Source: Pseudomonadales bacterium RIFCSPLOWO2_12_59_9 (GTDB taxonomy: Bacteria; Pseudomonadota; Gammaproteobacteria; Pseudomonadales; Pseudomonadaceae). From it: DNA of 45,156 nucleotides. Below the pieces are notes generated by a model. That model was given only the letters and a program-made list of their open reading frames with translations, ran no database searches and was not told the origin of the DNA. The stretch's first letter is position 1. Every line of letters starts with the position of its first letter. Shown piece by piece: positions 1 to 9,499 of this stretch. The position numbers were made by a program, and so were the translations under genes. The stretch lies in NCBI GenBank assembly GCA_001830395.1, contig MHZN01000269.1, forward strand, positions 1 through 45,156, given 5' to 3'.

Positions 1-714
1 CGGCACCACCGGCGCGGCGGCAGCACTGGCAGCAACGCCCTTGGTGATACGCGCCACCGGCGCCATGGGCATAAAAACGGTGGCGTCCTCATCGTGCGCC
101 TGGACAACCTCAACCTTTGGCCCAATGACCAACAAAACCACTCCGCCCATTTGCATCTGATCGCCAGCCTGCAAAGTTGCCGCGGTTATTTTGCCGCGAT
201 TAAGCAAAACGCCATTGGCCGAACCGAGATCCTTAACCTCCAGCACGCCATCCTTGAGAAAGAACTCGCAATGACGGCGCGACAACTCGGCGTCGTTAAA
301 GCACAGCTCACACTTAACCGAACGGCCAAAGGTCATGGAACCCGACAGGGGATACTTCTTGCCCTCGTTTTCGCCTTGAATCACCTGCAAGAACCACTTC
401 TTGCTGCTGTCCGGCTTGGCCGAGGCCTTCAGTGGATCGATAAACTGCAAGGCCACCGGACCAATCTGCAAGCTGTCATCCGCACGAATCTGGTAGCGAC
501 CGCTGATTCGCTCGCCATTAATAAAGGTCCCCGCCTCACTGGCGCAATCGCTCAGATAATAATGACCGGCATCGCGTCGAATCTCGGCATGAAACAAACT
601 AACGCCATTATCCGCCAACACCAAATTGTTACGATTATCTTGCCCAAGGGTAATACGCTCATCCGCCAACCAGATTGGCGCCTGACGCGAGTCTTTAAAT
701 TGCAGTTTGAGCAT
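1..714 (-). CDS. Tandem FHA-domain protein (3' end runs off the left edge)
   Basis: Manual translation from ATG at 714: MLKLQFKDSRQAPIWL...LGQDNRNNLVL..VSLFHAEI...GTFINGERI, then a second FHA domain FGRSVKCELCF..LSRRHCEF..EVKDLGSANGV. No stop within the window, so it is absent from the ORF track. Confidence 0.9.
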   Translation of the reverse strand, partial: MLKLQFKDSRQAPIWLADERITLGQDNRNNLVLADNGVSLFHAEIRRDAGHYYLSDCASEAGTFINGERISGRYQIRADDSLQIGPVALQFIDPLKASAKPDSSKKWFLQVIQGENEGKKYPLSGSMTFGRSVKCELCFNDAELSRRHCEFFLKDGVLEVKDLGSANGVLLNRGKITAATLQAGDQMQMGGVVLLVIGPKVEVVQAHDEDATVFMPMAPVARITKGVAASAAAAPVVP

Positions 715-786
715 AACGTATAAAAACCCTGTTTAAAGATTGAAAAACTGTACTAGCACAGCAACTAAAAAACGATCCAGCACCGA

Positions 787-2343
787 TCAATCCATACCGT
801 TACTTAATATATGATCCCACAATCTGGAAACCGGATTGGAGCTATCCTCGATGGGTTTAGTTGTTTGACTCTTGGCTGGCACTGAACTGGTTGCGGTGCG
901 CGCCGCAACCCGTGGAGCGATGCGTTGCGTAGCACGTTTGACATAGCGCGCATGACCGCTCGCCATCTTCAACAGCTGCGGATTTTCTGGCTGCACCTGC
1001 AAACCCAGCTGAATATTCTCCAAGGCCTTGGCAAACTCCCGGCTCGCATAGGCGGCATTGGCCTGTTCGATATACAGCTCGGCAATTTGCTGAAAGCCGT
1101 TAAGAGCCTGTTGATTATCCGGAGTCAGCGCCAATGCCTGCTGGAAATAAAACAGCGCATTGTCTTCAGCTGGACTGGTCAACTGCAGACTGGCAATGCG
1201 CAGCTGCGCCAATTTGATACTGGCTGCCGCCCGCGCCGCTATGACGCGCTGCAAGCCTGCTTGGGCGGCAAGGTTCTCCGGCTCAAGCAACAATACCTGG
1301 CCGAAAAAATAATCGGCATTATCCTCCGGCGGCATGAGCAATTTATCTTCGCTTAGGCGAACCTCCGCCTTTGCCAAGTAATCGGCCACCTGCATATTTA
1401 CCTTCAACAGATAGCCCGCGTAGCCAAGCCCTGCCAGCAAGAACAACCCAAACACCAACGCCAGCGCTTTAACCCCAGCACTGCGTTTGGCTGCCGGCGG
1501 CGGCAGGCTCAGCGCGGCACTGAAGCGCGTCGCACTGAGATCATCATCTTGCAAAAGCGCCAAACTCTGCAGCAGCTCGCGGCAGTTGGCAAAACGCTGA
1601 GTGACATCTTTGGCCAGCATCCGTTCCAGCACAGCCTGATAAGCACCCAGATGGGCCGGTAATTGTGGAATCGGCATTTGCACATGGTTCATCACGGTCT
1701 GGGTATAGCTGGGGCCGCGAAACTCGTTAGTGCCGGTCAGCATTTCCAGCAACAACACACCCAGACTGTAAATATCCGTGCGCTGATCCAGCGGCTGGCA
1801 CTGCGCCTGTTCAGGGCTGCTGTAAGCCGGGCTGCCGACCGCCACCCCAAACTGGGTGAGTTCATTATCGATAGCCAGATCTTTAGCGACGCCAAAATCG
1901 GTAATCACCACCGAGCCATCTTGACGAAAGAGAATATTCGCCGGTTTTATATCGCGATGCACCAAGCCCTGCTGATGCACCACCTGCAAGCCTTCGGCAA
2001 TTTGCTGGGTAATGCTCAGCGCGTGTTGCGCAGTTAAAACTTGCCCTTTGTACTGAGTCAGATCACCACCGGCAATAAACTCCATGGCCAAATAGTGGCG
2101 ACCATCGGCCAGCTTATCAATATCGTAAATCGTCACAATAGCCGCATGATGAAGCGAGGCGACGATATGTCCCTCATTAATAAAACGCTGACTGAACTCA
2201 TTCTCCACCGAACTGCACAGTACCTTAATGGCCACTTTACGCTGCAATGAATTCTGGGTTGCCAAATACACCTCAGCCATGCCGCCTTTACCCAGCTGGC
2301 CATGGATGGTGTAACCAGCGATCTCAATCAACTTATCGTTCAT
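787..2343 (-). CDS. Hanks-type Ser/Thr protein kinase with TM helix and helical-repeat C-terminal domain
   Basis: LGKGGMAEVY, VAIK, HRDIKPANIL, TDFG and YSSPE motifs; hydrophobic LALVFGLFLLAGLGYAGYLL; repeated LxxPxEDNA. Start placed at MNDKL. Confidence 0.93.
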   Translation of the reverse strand: MNDKLIEIAGYTIHGQLGKGGMAEVYLATQNSLQRKVAIKVLCSSVENEFSQRFINEGHIVASLHHAAIVTIYDIDKLADGRHYLAMEFIAGGDLTQYKGQVLTAQHALSITQQIAEGLQVVHQQGLVHRDIKPANILFRQDGSVVITDFGVAKDLAIDNELTQFGVAVGSPAYSSPEQAQCQPLDQRTDIYSLGVLLLEMLTGTNEFRGPSYTQTVMNHVQMPIPQLPAHLGAYQAVLERMLAKDVTQRFANCRELLQSLALLQDDDLSATRFSAALSLPPPAAKRSAGVKALALVFGLFLLAGLGYAGYLLKVNMQVADYLAKAEVRLSEDKLLMPPEDNADYFFGQVLLLEPENLAAQAGLQRVIAARAAASIKLAQLRIASLQLTSPAEDNALFYFQQALALTPDNQQALNGFQQIAELYIEQANAAYASREFAKALENIQLGLQVQPENPQLLKMASGHARYVKRATQRIAPRVAARTATSSVPAKSQTTKPIEDSSNPVSRLWDHILSNGMD

Positions 2344-2373
2344 AGCCGACCACATTTAAAATTTTAATTAATA

Positions 2374-3156
2374 TTAAACTTTGAGCTTTAGCAGTTTTTT
2401 AATAAAACCAAGCTTCGGCACTGCAACTACTGGCGCTACAGCCAATTCACTCATCAATAGCGCACAAGAAATATTATCCTTGCCGCCGGCGGCATTGGCT
2501 GCGCCGATCAACCCAAGTACCGCCGCATCAAGTTCGCCACTCGCAGCGAGCCTTAACATACGTTGATCGCTTAATTCACCATGCAGGCCATCGCTACAAA
2601 GCAGCAAGCGTTGCCCCTTCTGGAGCACGCCGCGCAGCACACCAACTTCGAGCTCAAGGGACTGGTAACCCAGACACTGGGTAATTTCATTTTTACGCGG
2701 ATGAAGACGCGCCTGAGCCACGTTTAATTGGCCAAGATCAATCATCACCTGCACCCAGCTGTGGTCTTTGCTCAGGGGGACAATCGCATTGCCCGTCAGC
2801 AAGTAGGCGCGGCTGTCGCCAACCCAGGCCAACTCATATTCAGCGCCATCAAATTTGACCGCCACCACGGTGCTGCCCATGCCTTTACTGGCCGGATCAA
2901 GCTTTGCCGCCTGAATAATCGCCTGATTGGCCGCATGCACCGCCGCTTCCAGGCTGGGCTGCTGGCGAAGACTGTCGGCGATAGCCGCAACCGCAATGGC
3001 GCTGGCCACCTCACCGCGCTGATGACCGCCCATGCCATCGGCAATCACCCACAAGCTCAATTCGGGGCAGCTGAGAATGCTGTCTTCATTGTGCGCACGC
3101 ACCTGTCCCGGCACGCTGTGAATGGCATATTGGATTTTATTATCGGTGCCGGTCAT
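2374..3156 (-). CDS. PP2C/PPM-family Ser/Thr phosphatase
   Basis: RAHNED, ADGMGGH, WVGDSRAY, LCSDGL and GGKDNIS motifs. Start uncertain (3156-3198). Confidence 0.93.
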   Translation of the reverse strand: MTGTDNKIQYAIHSVPGQVRAHNEDSILSCPELSLWVIADGMGGHQRGEVASAIAVAAIADSLRQQPSLEAAVHAANQAIIQAAKLDPASKGMGSTVVAVKFDGAEYELAWVGDSRAYLLTGNAIVPLSKDHSWVQVMIDLGQLNVAQARLHPRKNEITQCLGYQSLELEVGVLRGVLQKGQRLLLCSDGLHGELSDQRMLRLAASGELDAAVLGLIGAANAAGGKDNISCALLMSELAVAPVVAVPKLGFIKKLLKLKV

Positions 3157-3422
3157 TGATTTAATCGTCCGCAGCCGCCGCAATATCGGCATGGTCAAAG
3201 TATAAGCGGCGCAAGCATGCGGGCACGCCCGGCACAGCGACCATCCCCAACCACAGATATTTAGCCAAAATGTTAACCGGTCGGATATTTACCGACCGTT
3301 CTTGGCGGGGCACACCTGATTTACGCAACGCCCGCACGGTTGCTGGCTGACGCGCCTAACCGCCGAGACACAATTAAAAGCACGATTAAAGAATCGAGCC
3401 AAACAGCCTGGCGCAGAAACGA

Positions 3423-3446
3423 CAAAGCCCCATTTCTGGGGCTTTG
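3423..3446 (-). terminator. Hairpin, probably the original tRNA-downstream terminator
   Basis: caaagcccca-tttc-tggggctttg perfect 10-bp stem, just downstream (minus strand) of the tRNA 3' remnant. Confidence 0.6.
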
Positions 3447-3454
3447 CGTTGTAG

Positions 3455-3479
3455 ATATGGCGGAGGCGATGTCCGCCAT
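3455..3479 (-). repeat. Island att site: duplicated 3' end of tRNA-Ser (probably TGA)
   Basis: Reverse complement of 3458-3471 is CATCGCCTCCGCCA, a CCA-ending tRNA 3' end matching the Pseudomonas tRNA-Ser(TGA) end from memory. No tRNA body follows. Forms the inverted repeat atggcgga-(7 bp)-tccgccat. Confidence 0.75.
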
Positions 3480-3588
3480 CTTTACATCCACAAAAATCCA
3501 CAGAAGTTCTTTAGCCCTATGTAATACGCAGCTTTCAGCCTACTATCCATCCCGTAGAGTCCACTGCGATCCGTAGCAATCCTACCCT

Positions 3589-3612
3589 AAGTGGGGGAAC
3601 AAGTGGGGGAAC
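3589..3612 (+). repeat. Perfect 12-bp tandem repeat, putative integrase arm-type sites
   Basis: aagtgggggaac x2 between the att site and the integrase start. Confidence 0.6.
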
Positions 3613-3634
3613 AAATCAACAGGCGGAGTATCTC

Positions 3635-4903
3635 TTGGGCAAGCTATCCCAGAAGCAAATCGACAATCTAAACAGCCCCGGCACATACGAGGACGGAGAC
3701 GGACTGCGTCTAGTTATTAAGCCAACCGGGAAAAAGTCCTGGGTACTGCGCTTCCAGCTCTCGGGCAAACGCCGCGAAATGGGGCTTGGCAGTTATCCCA
3801 AGCTAGGTCTGAAAGCCGCTCGGCTAGACGCCAGCGACAGACGTCGATTGCTGCTTGAGGGACTTGATCCACTGGCTGCTCGCGACGCAGAGCGCACGGC
3901 AAGGCAAGTGGCTGATCAGAATCAAAAGAGTAAGTCCGTAACATTTCGCGAGGTATCTGCCGATTACATAAAGTCGCATCGTGTCGGCTGGAAAAACATA
4001 AAGCACTGCCAGCAATGGCAAAACACACTGAAAACCTACGCAGATCCCATTATCGGTGACTTGCCGGCAGCAGAAATCACGACTGATCATCTCTTAAAGA
4101 TCCTGACCCCTATTTGGTCAAGCAAAGCTGAAACAGCCAGCCGTGTTCGCAATCGAATTGAACTGGTGCTCGACGCAGCCAAGGCGCGCGGGCTACGCGA
4201 AGGCGAAAACCCGGCACGCTGGCGGGGGCATCTCGACAAATTGCTTCCGACCCGCTCAAAAACCAAAGGCACGCTTAACCATTCGGCACTGCCTTATCTA
4301 GAGCTGCAGCCCTTCATTCAAGCGCTTAAGACTATTGATGGGTTATCAGCGCTCGCATTAAAAATGACGATACTTACAGCCTGTCGAACCAGCGAAGTCC
4401 TAGCGGCAGAATGGGCAGAAATAGACCTTAAGACCAAGCTATGGACTATTCCTGCGATACGAATGAAAGCTGAAAGAACTCACGCCGTACCACTCTCAGA
4501 CGCCACCATTGCATTGCTCACAAGCCTTCCCAGGGTTACTGACAGCACGCTGGTATTCCCCGGAGCACGGCAAGGACGGCCCATCAGCAACATGGCCATG
4601 CTGATGACCTTGCGTCGAATGGACGTAAAAAGCACCGACGACGGTGGTAAAGGCTGGCGCGGCAAGGACGGGCGCGTCATTACCGCACACGGATTCCGCA
4701 GTACATTTCGAGACTGGGCGGCTGAGTGCACTCATCACACGAGGGAAGTCTGCGAGATGGCCTTAGCCCATGTTGTCGCAACCGGCGCCGAGGCTGCCTA
4801 TTGGCGCAGCGACCTACTCGAAAAGCGGCGAACCCTGATGAATGACTGGGCCGCTTTTGTTACATCAACGCCTGCGGGGAAAGAGATCGCTCTCGTCAAG
4901 TAG
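3635..4903 (+). CDS. P4-like tyrosine recombinase/integrase
   Basis: Arm-binding N-terminus (DGDGLRLVI..GKKSWVLRF..GKRREMGLGSYP); catalytic ACRTSE, RMK, HGFRSTFRDW, LAH, AAY; TTG start after ggag RBS. Confidence 0.96.
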   Translation: MGKLSQKQIDNLNSPGTYEDGDGLRLVIKPTGKKSWVLRFQLSGKRREMGLGSYPKLGLKAARLDASDRRRLLLEGLDPLAARDAERTARQVADQNQKSKSVTFREVSADYIKSHRVGWKNIKHCQQWQNTLKTYADPIIGDLPAAEITTDHLLKILTPIWSSKAETASRVRNRIELVLDAAKARGLREGENPARWRGHLDKLLPTRSKTKGTLNHSALPYLELQPFIQALKTIDGLSALALKMTILTACRTSEVLAAEWAEIDLKTKLWTIPAIRMKAERTHAVPLSDATIALLTSLPRVTDSTLVFPGARQGRPISNMAMLMTLRRMDVKSTDDGGKGWRGKDGRVITAHGFRSTFRDWAAECTHHTREVCEMALAHVVATGAEAAYWRSDLLEKRRTLMNDWAAFVTSTPAGKEIALVK

Positions 4904-5081
4904 GTCTGATTTGAATTTTTCGTTAGCACAACTGAATTGTGCCCTAGTTTAAGGCTTGGAGGTGCCTACAAAACCAGGGGTGATTCACTTTATTAAAATA
5001 TGAAACTTAAGAGCTAGCCGATGGGTGGCAGAGCTCGGTTCGCCTCTCGCCGAAGTTGGAATTTTATGGCTAAAAATTTGT

Positions 5082-5714
5082 TTACTCCATATTGGTAGCC
5101 CCTATTCGGGCTGTAAGGAAGGTTGACACAGCGATCTCCGACTTGGTTCGTGCCGTATGCTGCTTGACTTTTCGACTGTTCATCTTCGCATGGTGTACCG
5201 CTCGATCACGCTCCATCTCGTCGCGACCAATTAATCCGAAAAACAGTTTAAGTAAAATATCGCTCATTGATCTCATGCCATTGTATTTTTGTTTAGCCCC
5301 GACATGCAGGTGATCATAAAAATGTTGTACGCCAAGCCCGTGCTCAATTAGTGGAGCGAATTCATTGCTGTCAATGTGCACCACTTTATTACCCTTAATG
5401 AATGATAGCTTGGCACCATTAACACCGTGAGTATCGGACGCCATAGTCCCCCAAGCAAACACTACAGGACAACCCGAAAGTTTTTGCACATCCATTGCTT
5501 TTTCAATTTCAATCTGGCTTGGGCATGGCCCTTTGACCTCTAGGTAAGTACTTGCACCATAAAGAAAAAAGTCAGGAAGGTACATTCCATGCCTTGTCTC
5601 ATATAGCTTATGCTCATATAGCCATCGAAGCTCCAGCGCATCCATCATCAAGGCCCACCTAGCCTCAGAATACGAGCGCATCCAATAATCTTGATGAAGA
5701 ACAACAGAGCTCAT
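5082..5714 (-). CDS. PD-(D/E)XK nuclease-family protein
   Basis: RSYSEARWA...YE...YLPDFFL...YLEVKG signature; AT-rich. GGAG RBS favours ATG 5714 over 5729. Confidence 0.75.
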   Translation of the reverse strand: MSSVVLHQDYWMRSYSEARWALMMDALELRWLYEHKLYETRHGMYLPDFFLYGASTYLEVKGPCPSQIEIEKAMDVQKLSGCPVVFAWGTMASDTHGVNGAKLSFIKGNKVVHIDSNEFAPLIEHGLGVQHFYDHLHVGAKQKYNGMRSMSDILLKLFFGLIGRDEMERDRAVHHAKMNSRKVKQHTARTKSEIAVSTFLTARIGATNME

Positions 5715-6158
5715 TACATAGTTCTCCATGAATTGTTATAGCCAATTCATTTTTTAATTATTTTGACTATCGAATATATTCTTGAAAACAGCAAAATACA
5801 ATAATTTGCCCCCCCCTTAGAGCCAACGCTGAGCGGTATAGGCTATGCGTTGGGCATGCTAGCATGTCGTTTTTCCTGAGTGGCACCTGCAATTCGGGGG
5901 AAAAGCGTGGAGCATTGAGCGCTGCCTGTTACCGCGATGATCATCCGCATCAAGGAACTTAACGTTACCCGGCGGCCCTAGTCAAAAATTGGCTACAATC
6001 CTTCAACCTAATCAACTTCGCGCTTCGCTTAGGGTGCAGCGAGTCAACTTGAGCGACGATCAGCCTTCTGCATGGCGGCTTCTATCTAGTATAGGATCGG
6101 CGTTCATACAAGTTATGTATTATCTACTTTCCTTAAGCGCTCACGTAGACGCATCCCA

Positions 6159-8108
6159 ATGCCAGCCTCCATCATCAGCGACGACCATTACTTTCTCCCT
6201 CTCAGCCCTGAAACGGCACAGCAGTTGGTGCAGAGCCACCACGATCTGCCCAGCCTTCAGCTGCCAGAACTTGCAGCTGTACTACTGATTCAAAATTTGC
6301 CGGCCCTAGTGCGCGCGGGACAGACGGCACCCAGGATCGAGGCGGCCCTGGCTAAAGCACTGAGCACCGGGTTGGATTCAGATGCTGAATATGGCGCCGA
6401 TACCTTTGTTCAGGCAGTTGCGGAGCGCTTCTCGCCGGCAGCTTTCAAGGAAGGGCTCGGTCTGCTTGATGGCCTGATGTTTAACCTACTGGAAGTGAAT
6501 GAGGTTGCAGAGCGTAAGTATCTGGAGTCCGACGGCAGTTGGAACTTCAACTTCCGCATTGAGCACGCCGCCCAGCTCAACCCCCTAAAGGAAGCTATCG
6601 CAACCGCGTCGGGTGAGACGATTTTCTTGTCGACACCGCAGTTTCGTATTTTCAAGACACTGCGCAGCGAGCTGGACGAGCATCTCCACCTGCAGGGGTT
6701 GGCCGGCGTCGGTAAAACGTCAATGATTAGCACTCTACTGGAGTACTTAAAGCCAGAAGAAACGTTGCTTTTGGCTTCTACTTCTCAACAGCTACATGCA
6801 CTAACTGCTCGCCTAGGCAGTAAAAAGTTCGTCGGCATGACTTTTGGCCAGCTTGCGAGTCAACTGCTATTCACGCCGCCCACGGTTTACAGCAGACCGG
6901 ATAGGCAACGCTACCAACCGACTTATCAGATGGCGGACGCGGATGTTGCCAAAATTCTGAGTTTCCAGCCGGTTGGTAGCTTTTCGATTACGCGAGTAGC
7001 CGATATCTGCCGTCGCATCGTGCAAAGCTTCTGCTACTCAAGCAACAGAGAAATTTCTGCAGACAACATACCGTTAGTAGACGGAGGTCTGAGCGGTGCT
7101 GACAGAGCGGCGTTGCTCGGCTATTCCAATTTGATGTGGCAGGAAATCACTCAGCCTCGTCTTCTATTCGAAGGTAAGAAAACTCACCTCCCGATTCGTG
7201 TTTATCATCTTTTGAAGTTGCTATCGCTCGATACCAGCATTTCTCTCAGCCTTGCGGCCTATCGCCACATCTTGATCGACGAGGCTCACGACCTATCTGC
7301 TCCGCTGCTGCAGTTTCTTGATCGTTGTCCCCAGGCAACCTGCACCCTCGGCGATATCTGCCAGCGTCTGGACGGTCTGCCTGCGCGGCGTGGAATGCAT
7401 GTCCGGCAGCGGGAAATCTCGCAGTCGGTGCGTTCCGGGCGGCAAATGGAAGTGATTTTGAATCCCCTCATCGCAGCACATCCGCGTGCAGAACTAGCGC
7501 CGCTGGTCGGTGCTCGAGATAAGAAAACGATCATCGAGTACTACGACCGATCGGACATTCCTGACGACGGCACAACCATTCTAGTGAAGAGTGAGTGGGG
7601 GGTATTCGAGTGGTTCCAGCGTCTTGCCGGTGCTGACGCTAGCTTTTGTATGATGCCTGAATGCGAGAAGCAGTTTCGGCGCTTTGTTAACGACTGCATC
7701 GAGCTTTATCACCACGGTTCGCCGCCCAAGCACGCCGTTCTGTTCCGACACAGCACCTGGGACGGCTTGGCGGCAACTTACGCCAACGACTACTCGTTCA
7801 AGACCATTGAGACAATGCTGGAGCGGGGTTACAGCTCAAACGACTTCGAGCGTTCAATGGAGAAAATGGATCGTACAGGGCACGCCAAGATCCTCCTGGG
7901 GCGGGTTAGTGACGCTCGCAGCCTAGAAATGGATAAAGTTATGCTGGGGCGAGATCTGCTCTCCCCCATTCGGACAGGCGATATCGACGAGGCGGCGAAG
8001 ACGTTTGCTGGGCTCTATACCGGCGGCTCGCGGGCGCGCTACAAACTCATTGTGCCCGGGCACATGCGCGACTGGATGGTTGACCAAGCAGCTAAAGTGA
8101 AGAAGTAG
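6159..8108 (+). CDS. Superfamily 1 (UvrD/Rep-like) helicase with N-terminal extension
   Basis: Motif I GLAGVGKT, II ILIDEAHD, III LGDICQ, IV QSVR, V ARSLEMDKV, VI LYTGGSRARYKL. Confidence 0.8.
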   Translation: MPASIISDDHYFLPLSPETAQQLVQSHHDLPSLQLPELAAVLLIQNLPALVRAGQTAPRIEAALAKALSTGLDSDAEYGADTFVQAVAERFSPAAFKEGLGLLDGLMFNLLEVNEVAERKYLESDGSWNFNFRIEHAAQLNPLKEAIATASGETIFLSTPQFRIFKTLRSELDEHLHLQGLAGVGKTSMISTLLEYLKPEETLLLASTSQQLHALTARLGSKKFVGMTFGQLASQLLFTPPTVYSRPDRQRYQPTYQMADADVAKILSFQPVGSFSITRVADICRRIVQSFCYSSNREISADNIPLVDGGLSGADRAALLGYSNLMWQEITQPRLLFEGKKTHLPIRVYHLLKLLSLDTSISLSLAAYRHILIDEAHDLSAPLLQFLDRCPQATCTLGDICQRLDGLPARRGMHVRQREISQSVRSGRQMEVILNPLIAAHPRAELAPLVGARDKKTIIEYYDRSDIPDDGTTILVKSEWGVFEWFQRLAGADASFCMMPECEKQFRRFVNDCIELYHHGSPPKHAVLFRHSTWDGLAATYANDYSFKTIETMLERGYSSNDFERSMEKMDRTGHAKILLGRVSDARSLEMDKVMLGRDLLSPIRTGDIDEAAKTFAGLYTGGSRARYKLIVPGHMRDWMVDQAAKVKK

Positions 8109-8267
8109 TTGGCTGGAAGCGGCAGTTCGTTCCCGGACTCGGAACTGAACTAACGCAGTTACGCTAGCTCACATTAGGATACATTGGCCTGTCAGCAGTG
8201 GTGCGCAAGCGTCTGTATCGAACTGAATCGGCCGAGGTTTCGTTAACACATTTGAATGACTACTTCT

Positions 8268-8456
8268 GGCCGACTCTATTGAAAAAGTCGGCCTTGGTTA
8301 TCAGGCGACTGAACAGTTGGCGCCTGAGATTTAAACCCCTAAAACTCGGCAGAGGTTTGCGGACTCGGATCTCACATAACGACGCGCAGAAAAGGCGTTT
8401 TCATTGATCACTATTGGGGTCGTTCGGGCAAAGCAACCTTTTCAGCAGAATCGGCC
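8268..8456. mobile_element. ~190-bp MITE-like element with IS1182-like terminal inverted repeats
   Basis: ggccgactctattgaaaaagtcg ... caaccttttcagcagaatcggcc: 18/23 inverted match, GGCC at both ends, no transposase. Confidence 0.65.
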
Positions 8457-8541
8457 GAAGGCAGATATTGGAGCCCCATTCAAGTTGAGCCATGGTCAGT
8501 GCTTTGTGGAATCGACCAGCTTCCGAGCGGAGTGCCATCAA

Positions 8542-8979
8542 TTAGTTCAAGCCGATATGCAGGCTAAAGAGGCGGGTGCCTAGCCCAAGTGCCTCGGCAA
8601 CCAGCGAGCGGGCAAGTTCTTTGCCACCCTTGGTCGCGACTTCATTAAGTCTCTCACCGATTGATGCCTTCCCTTGTAGGCTGGCAGGCACTGCTCGCAA
8701 GACTTCTAGACCTTTGCTTGTCAAAAGGACATCAGCGACATACAGCTCATTTTCAGCTTTGGTTGTGATGTAACCAGCGCTTTCGAGCCAGCGTATGCAG
8801 GCAAAAAAGAACTCAGCTTCTTCGCTCGGGACGTCGCAACCGAGGTGTTCGTTTGCTACCGACGGAGTTGCTACATAGTCTCCTGCTTTCAGCAGGCAAG
8901 GCACAGGAAAGTAGCTATAGAGTTTTGCGAAAACCTCACCTGCAATTTCGTCAAATCTTTCAATATTGGACGCTGACAT
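8542..8979 (-). CDS. Hypothetical protein, possible winged helix
   Basis: 145-aa ORF with ggaag RBS; IRWLESAGYI...LTSKGLEVL pattern typical of wHTH-like domains. Confidence 0.7.
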   Translation of the reverse strand: MSASNIERFDEIAGEVFAKLYSYFPVPCLLKAGDYVATPSVANEHLGCDVPSEEAEFFFACIRWLESAGYITTKAENELYVADVLLTSKGLEVLRAVPASLQGKASIGERLNEVATKGGKELARSLVAEALGLGTRLFSLHIGLN

Positions 8980-9499
8980 CTGTATCTTCCCTCTCGATCA
9001 TCCATTGTTGGCAAACAAGTGAACACTGCTGCCAACTCTACGTTTCCGACCCAAAGCTGCCACCACCACTAACTCCTTCGACAGCGTTTGGCCAATGTCT
9101 GCTCGTGAAAGCACAATGCCGCATGCAAGTCGAAGAGCCCTGCCCCCCCATTCTCATCAGCATCAAGATAGCGGAGTTGGTCAAGTTCACTCTCGACAAC
9201 ATTAACGCTCGCTCCCAGTCGAAAAGGTTCTCGTCGGCTGCTCTTGGCACATGCACTCTCCATTGTGACTCACTGCGGACGGTACACCACGCCTGTACTA
9301 ACGGCAAAGCTGAAAGCAACCATGTGAGGCCGAGGGGGCTGGTTAAAACGTTGATTTGAACATCCGCTTCTGGCTGTGGATTCAACCGGTAGAGCCTGTC
9401 AATTTCCTTATCCAAACCGATTCCAGAATTGTCGATTCAACTCAAAAATATTTCAGCCATACATCACCGCAATGACATCCCCACCCCGGAGCTCAAACC

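Larger units (their letters stand above)
8250..9374 (+). repeat. Three degenerate copies of a ~30-bp hairpin repeat (8250-8469 split by the MITE; 9034-9064; 9354-9374)
   Basis: atttgaatgactacttctggc (8250) vs atttgaacatccgcttctggc (9354), 16/21 identical. Right halves ggccgaaggcagatatt (8453) and gacccaaagctgccac (9048). Confidence 0.45.

Noticed and set aside
94-723. 209-aa plus-strand ORF
   Set aside because: Antisense shadow of the minus-strand FHA gene
3455-3479. Intact tRNA or tmRNA gene
   Set aside because: Only ~14-17 nt of a tRNA 3' end are present; no cloverleaf
9038-9415. 125-aa minus-strand ORF (and nested 64-aa ORF)
   Set aside because: Runs across repeat and IS-like junctions with no recognisable motif; possibly a decayed small gene, but not supportable as a CDS
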